Assembly: GCA_034226945.1 (NCBI GenBank)
Contig: CP120458.1
Coordinates: 558,001-622,000, forward strand
Direction of reading: 5' to 3'
DNA length: 64,000 bases
Origin: Picochlorum sp. SENEW3
Lineage: Eukaryota
Shown: positions 58,462-64,000 of the stretch, piece after piece
How the letters are laid out: every line of letters begins with the position of its first letter
How positions within the stretch are numbered: the first letter of the stretch is position 1
Notes under the pieces: generated by a model
Databases searched by the model: none
What the model was told of the DNA's origin: nothing
The model's input: only the letters and a program-made list of their open reading frames with translations
Program-made: the position numbers and the translations under genes

Positions 58462-60078
58462 TTAGGTTCCAAATTTGGATTTGACCTTCTCAATGTTCCC
58501 CAGCGAAGAATGAACGTACATTTTGTCTCCAAATTCACCATGATCTCTGAGATATACGTAATCAAATGTTTGCAAAGTCGCTTGTAAAGCTTTAGATGGT
58601 CGTTCAACTGTTATTACCAGGAATTTAAACTCCTCCAGAACTACAGGTTGCAAAATCATATCTTCTGCACCTTCGACGTCAAATGAAAAGTAATCGATCA
58701 CTTTTGGGGCCCTAGCTCGTTGGAGAATTTCCAATAGCGAACTGGCTTGTCTAACAATCTTTGTACCATTTGCTGTCTTTCTATTGTCTGTATGCTCAGA
58801 CACAATGCCCCCAAAAGCACCGTCTCTGCCTTCTGGGTGCTCAATAAACTCAACAATGTCCCCTGTCTTCTCCGATACAATCGCATAATAAATATCACAT
58901 TTTCTGTGAGCGAGTCCCCAAGTGTATTCAAAATTCGCTTCAATGCAAATGCCTGTCCAATCAAAGTGATCTTCAAGTGCCTTGGAATTACTTAGACTGG
59001 CAGCATCGTTTGAAGCGAGGTCTAGAAAGAATCTCCCATTACAATCACCATGAAGTAGTTCAAAGATACCACAAACAGTTTTATCCTGGCCCACTTGACT
59101 GTACCAATCTTGGGTTACACCATACGTTGAATTTCCAATGTACACAGAAATTGTTTTCCATGAACTTCTGTCTTTCTTCACTGAAGTGAGAACCCTGGGA
59201 AACAAATAATTTGAAATATCATCATCTTCTTCAGTGGCGCTTGACAACCTCCAATATGCATCTGTTTCTCGAAGACCGGATGTTTGGTTATGAAACGTTT
59301 GACATTGGCTTACAGCATCCGACCCCGATACACTCCCTAATTGACGTATTGCATATCCCACGGATGTCATATATTGAATCCAATGGAGACAAAAGTCATT
59401 TTCAACACCCTCGTAGGTATTCGTATTCTCCAGATAGACTTCTGTGAGTAAGCGTTTAACGCCTCTTGATACTAAAGCCTTTCCAGCAGAACTGACCACC
59501 TTAAAGTCAAAACCCTGCATGTCTGTCTTGATGAATGCTATTTCTATATCGAGAGGAATGGAGTCCAATACATCCTGAAAGGAAAGGATGGGTACAATCT
59601 TCTCCATACCATCGCGTTTTGGGACATTATTCCAATGCTGAGTGGAAGCCGGCTTAGCCAGAGATGAAGAGACCCCACCTTCATTATAGACACGCATTGT
59701 CTGTAGCCCCGATGCATCACTCACAGCAGCAGGAATAACAGTTAGTTGTGGATGAGGATGAATAATATCGCTCACGATTGGCTCAAATGCTAATGCGTGT
59801 GTCGAAAAATCTCCCTTTCGCGGCACAATGGGATCAACATTGGACCCAATATTGATAATCACTTTCTTGGTACCATGTGGCAGTGATATCTTCAATCCTG
59901 TTTCCCCAACTCGCTCTCCCATCATGCTGGGAATCATGGCCATCAATGGAATTAATGGTAAGGAGAACAGTGCGATCCACAATCCTCCGATGAAAACTAC
60001 GAATCCTGTTCCTTTTCTCAGTTTTGGAACCCAGGGACGGTCAGCAAGCTTCATCATCCAGATCCCCAACCAAAACAA
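58462..60078 (-). CDS. membrane-anchored tandem FkbM-family (Methyltransf_21-like) SAM methyltransferase, intronless
   Basis: N-terminal TM. Domain 1: INIGSN..AFEP..PAAVS..FIKTDMQGFD. Domain 2: FLDLASND..SNS..WTGICIEAN..IDYFSFDVEGAE. Confidence 0.85.
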   Translation of the reverse strand: MFWLGIWMMKLADRPWVPKLRKGTGFVVFIGGLWIALFSLPLIPLMAMIPSMMGERVGETGLKISLPHGTKKVIINIGSNVDPIVPRKGDFSTHALAFEPIVSDIIHPHPQLTVIPAAVSDASGLQTMRVYNEGGVSSSLAKPASTQHWNNVPKRDGMEKIVPILSFQDVLDSIPLDIEIAFIKTDMQGFDFKVVSSAGKALVSRGVKRLLTEVYLENTNTYEGVENDFCLHWIQYMTSVGYAIRQLGSVSGSDAVSQCQTFHNQTSGLRETDAYWRLSSATEEDDDISNYLFPRVLTSVKKDRSSWKTISVYIGNSTYGVTQDWYSQVGQDKTVCGIFELLHGDCNGRFFLDLASNDAASLSNSKALEDHFDWTGICIEANFEYTWGLAHRKCDIYYAIVSEKTGDIVEFIEHPEGRDGAFGGIVSEHTDNRKTANGTKIVRQASSLLEILQRARAPKVIDYFSFDVEGAEDMILQPVVLEEFKFLVITVERPSKALQATLQTFDYVYLRDHGEFGDKMYVHSSLGNIEKVKSKFGT

Positions 60079-60529
60079 AAAAAGAGTCTGGCGATTTTCG
60101 GAAACTACAACTACTGTACTAATCCTAATTATCTGCGAATCAAAAATAAATTCAATCGTCGAAAAACGCGCAGAAGTTGAGATTTTGTCCGAAGTCTCAG
60201 ACCCAAGATTTAAGGAAGGATTTACAGCTCTTGGTAGGACAATCTAAATACTGTCATAGGTTTCCAGGTTGATTTGATGGTCTCGGGGCCCCACGTGGGG
60301 CTTCCATACAGAGAAGTGGCCTAGAATAAGGCCCTCAGCTCGTGGGGGGCCAGAACAAGACCCGGAAGAGAAACACGTGTTTTTTAATTCTTTTGGCACA
60401 ATATTAGTTGTATTTAAATGTGAAATGATGTGTTGTCACGGGCTAACGATCACACGTTGGTGTTGGCGCACGTGTGGCGGTAGCTACCGCTAAATATTTA
60501 GGGATTTCCTCCTGGGGGCCTGATTGTCT

Positions 60530-60581
60530 CATACAGAGAAGAGGCCTTGTTTAAGCTTAAACAAGACCTCTTCCATACCTC
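60530..60581 (+). mobile_element. 52-bp minimal CATACAGAGAAG-family element (copy D)
   Basis: Both termini are retained and the interior is collapsed to a palindrome centred on TTAAGCTTAA. TSD GATTGTCT/CATTGTCT (7/8). Empty homologous site at ~43973-44047. Confidence 0.85.
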
Positions 60582-60637
60582 CATTGTCTTGGATGATATT
60601 CGTCATATTTTTCGACTGTGTAATAATCCCTACACTA

Positions 60638-61270
60638 CTGTACTCGACTAAATTATTAGGACGATTTAAGACTAGTTGTCATGACACCCGATTTCATATT
60701 AGACGCTGGATGATCTGCCCCAGAAACAGGCCTTAATGTCACTCAATTGCTCCTTTTCCGATGTTACATGATTGCTACAAGTCCAATGAATACATTGAAT
60801 CCCACTCCTGTCACAAGACACTGCCACAAGGGCGAATTGGAAGCCATCATGCGGCTTGGACCTCATCACCTTCCTGCAAAGTGCACTCCACTAGTTCATC
60901 ATTGCTCTACTCAATATCTATGGTTCCTTCCTCTTCGTCTGGACATTCTGATATTTCCTGAGACTATTCTGCTCTTTATCAGCCTTTCATGTCACATTTA
61001 TCAACAACCTGCGCAATTGCATGACCATGTGTGGTGGGAGCTCAGTGGAGGATGCCACAGATGCCAGATCTCATCCTGAGGGCGTTTGATGGATCGCAGG
61101 CCGGGTTAAACCGATGCAAGAACGTATTAGTATGCTCTGGAGTGAGTATCTAGCCTTGGGTCGCCATGTAAGCCAAGTTATGGGCGATCAAAGATTCGGG
61201 AGATTCGATATTAGGACATTTTAAGGGTGCCTGTCATGACACTTTGTCTAATAATTTAGTCGAGTACCGG
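60638..61270. mobile_element. Tc1/mariner (pogo-like) deletion derivative
   Basis: TIR core GTACTCGACTAAATTATTAG at both ends, flanked by TA; internal LPAKCTPLV resembles the pogo DDE P..T..LQP motif. Confidence 0.6.
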
Positions 61271-61310
61271 TACTATAAAAAAAAACTTCGGCCGATTTTC
61301 GGAATCCAAA

Positions 61311-64000
61311 TCTACACATAAAATAATAACTTTTGGTGCCTACAAAGGATGCAAACGCGCACGGGAACACGGTGCAATTTTGCGTCAAACATGGCGAATT
61401 CGCCGAATTTGCCCACTTTGACGCCGTGGGTCCGCGCCTGAGAGCCCCCTCGCGTGTTCTCTTGCCCAACAAACCTCCTATTTTTTGACAGACACCATTC
61501 TCCAGCCTGTTCGGGCTTCTTTAGGGCCTGATCCAGCGAGAAAATTTCGCGAAATTTCGGCCCGGCCACAACATAGATGTAACGGTCCCCATTGGCGGGG
61601 CCTGCTGACCGACCGAGAGTGTCGATTTCGAGCGTTGTTCCACGGTCCCTTCTGTCTCCATGCTTGACTTCCTGCAGTCCTTACGACGGCAAACTCGAAT
61701 GTGAAAGGATGTTTCGTCGCAAATTGGGCCTTTTGACCGCTGTCGCCCTGGGACAGGACGCCTCTCCGGTGAAGTGACGACAACAAATTCCGCACATTTC
61801 TTCTCAGAAGGGACACCGGGCTGTGCCCTGCAAACGGGACACTGCCAATGTCTCCGTATGAGATCATGCGATCGGTATGATTGCGATGAGGGAACTGATG
61901 TGCCATCGCTCACGTTCCCTTGGCGACTCCTGCCTGCAGCAACATGTTGGACCAGTGCAGCTTGCCTGTGAAAGACGCACAGTGTGGATTAGGGAGTTCG
62001 GTTGGAGCCATGTGATGCATCTTCCATCTTTTGAAGTCATTCTCATGACGAGGTGAACCCACGAGTACGATACTGTCAACAGGATACCTGATTCAGAGGA
62101 TCGTTCTGTATAGCGAAGGCCTCTGAGAAGCAGCTGGTAAAATCCATCTCGAGCGATTTTGCCTTCCTTTATCGTACATCTCTGGGGTGCAGAACACGAC
62201 GCAAAACAGTTCGAAATGGCATGTACCTGTCAAGGGTGCATGTTACACAATACTGCGCGGGAATAGGAGACGGATTCGACAACTTGGACCACAGCATGGA
62301 GAAACAACGCAGCGGCCCTGTACATATGTGGTATGGACAACGAATAAATCCATCGAATTGGTACTATGTCCCCGAGAGAGTGCGCCATCGCTCAAGTGGC
62401 GTAATTGGAATGAATCTTTAGGACAGGTTAGGTGTTGCAGCCTGCCTATAAAGTCCTGGATAATGTACAGAGGCTGGGGTCATGTGAGACATATCCCCGG
62501 GGTTTTGAAGTCGTGATCATCTTGAAGAATGCGGTAGACTGGGATTTCAAAATTATAGTGACAAAGTGGACGCATTCGATGGCCTGGGTAGGATTGATCA
62601 GACATTGGGTGTCTGGGTGCGTCATTCCCGCAGAATGGGATTACACAGTTGAATTTCGAGTGGTCGACTTTCTAAAGTAAACCCCGGGGGCGTTGATGTA
62701 ATATCATACATATAAACATCGACAGAATATGAGGCAGTGAGGCTAGCATCCTCCTCCAAAGGTGCAGGGCTGAGGAAGTATTATTATCGTTTTGTGGGCG
62801 AGCGCAGCGAGCCTTATTATGCATGTATCGCATATAGATACATTCTGCCAGCAAGCACTAGCATTGGTCTACAACAGATCCGTGCTTTTTTCTTTATGCT
62901 GCTCCTGAATTCCATCTTTGCTCCTTCGTTCTACCCATGGGTGAATGCCAGAGGCGATGATGCTTTTGCCCGAGCGCAGCGAGGCCAATAGTTCTCTATC
63001 TATTTGATCGCGATACCTTCAGGTTAGCGATAGTTATGGCGAGCGCAGCGATGCCATTTTAGTTTTTCCATGCATGGGAGCAGGCCATGTTTGTGTTCTT
63101 CCATGGCAGCCGTGTCCATGGCATTGTTGGAGTTTATCAAACAATCTGCGCAAAACCAGTGCTGAGGGTTAGTACCCGATGTGTGCACGGGTCTTTCCAC
63201 CGGAATGCGATGAGACAGTGGAATTTCGAAGGGTCAACTTACTTAATCAAGCATCGATCTCCGACGGGATAGGAGGCAGTGAAGTTGACAGCATCCTCCA
63301 AAGGTGCATGGCTGAGGAAGTATTATTATGGTTTTTGTGGGCGAGCGCAGTGAGCCTTATATATATATTGCATATACACATTCTGCTACCAACCATTAGG
63401 CACTTCCTTACTTCATGCTGCTCCTTCCATTTATCCATGGCTGATGGCAGAAACTACAATTCTTTTGGCCGAGCACAGCGAGCTATATATTCTCCACATA
63501 TTTGATCGCAATGCCTTCAGGCGAGCGATAGTGATGGCGGGCGTAGCGATGCCATTCATTTTTTTTTCACTCATACTGCAGCAATTTTTGTGTCCTTCCA
63601 TGTCAGTGGTTCGCGAGCAAAGCAATGTCATCTGTTTTCCTCAAAGACACTGTCTGCATGGTCATGCAGTATTACCAAACCCACCTCGGACGCGCTGGGA
63701 GGATGGTGCCCGGTCATGCCAGGCACTTCGAACAAGGATTCCTTACCAGTTTGCAACTGTGTGCTTGCGAAGGCCCTCCACAGGCACTCAACAGCAACAT
63801 CCAGGTGGCCGATGGGTGAGGAAGGATCCCGCCCGTGCCGAACGCAGTGAGGCCCCGGTTTAAGGGATCCTGACGAGGCCGGAGGACACAACTTCCTCCT
63901 TACACTCAGAGGGAAGACATCGTCACCAGCTTTGTCTGCCACACTCTGGAAAACGTCCCTCCTTTATTTGTTTCTCCATTCCATGTACTGCAGTCTTAGT
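61311..64000 (+). mobile_element. non-autonomous Helitron, copy 2 (continues past the window end)
   Basis: Inverted copy of ~26500-28900; candidate 5' end A|TCTACACATAAAATAA at 61311; ~180 bp extra near 63110-63290 relative to copy 1. Confidence 0.7.

Noticed and set aside
26500..64000. Giant TIR element / Polinton-like virus bounded by long inverted repeats
   Set aside because: The repeats have Helitron-type termini, their inner ends are unequal, and no capsid, packaging ATPase or pPolB genes are visible.

Overview
Eukaryotic DNA (short 65-75 nt GT..AG introns; probably a microbial eukaryote such as an alga, not identifiable from the sequence alone). It is almost entirely a nest of transposable elements with no recognisable housekeeping genes. 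Transposase/retroelement content: a Ty3/Gypsy LTR element (1-4858), two CACTA/EnSpm-type transposases with divergent companion ORFs, two KDZ (Kyakuja-Dileera-Zisupton) transposases with convergent companion ORFs, a TIR-bounded MULE, a LINE 3' fragment, three Helitron Rep/helicase relics and a virus-like tyrosine recombinase fragment. Non-autonomous elements: hAT and pogo-like MITEs, and two inverted copies of a ~3 kb Helitron. Intronless glycan-related genes (a GT2 glycosyltransferase and a tandem FkbM methyltransferase) and an interrupted ORFan are interspersed. The most novel signals are: (i) a family of small elements with asymmetric ends (CATACAGAGAAG...CTTCCATACCTC), sub-terminal inverted repeats and 8-bp target duplications, plausibly mobilised by KDZ, one copy of which disrupts a gene; (ii) a Helitron-like family bounded by TATA at both ends, with a tail-to-head junction and an atypical Rep; (iii) a stacked array of co-varying Helitron-type hairpins; (iv) a viral-type tyrosine recombinase head-to-head with a RepHel. 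All protein calls come from motif recognition by eye, not database searches.
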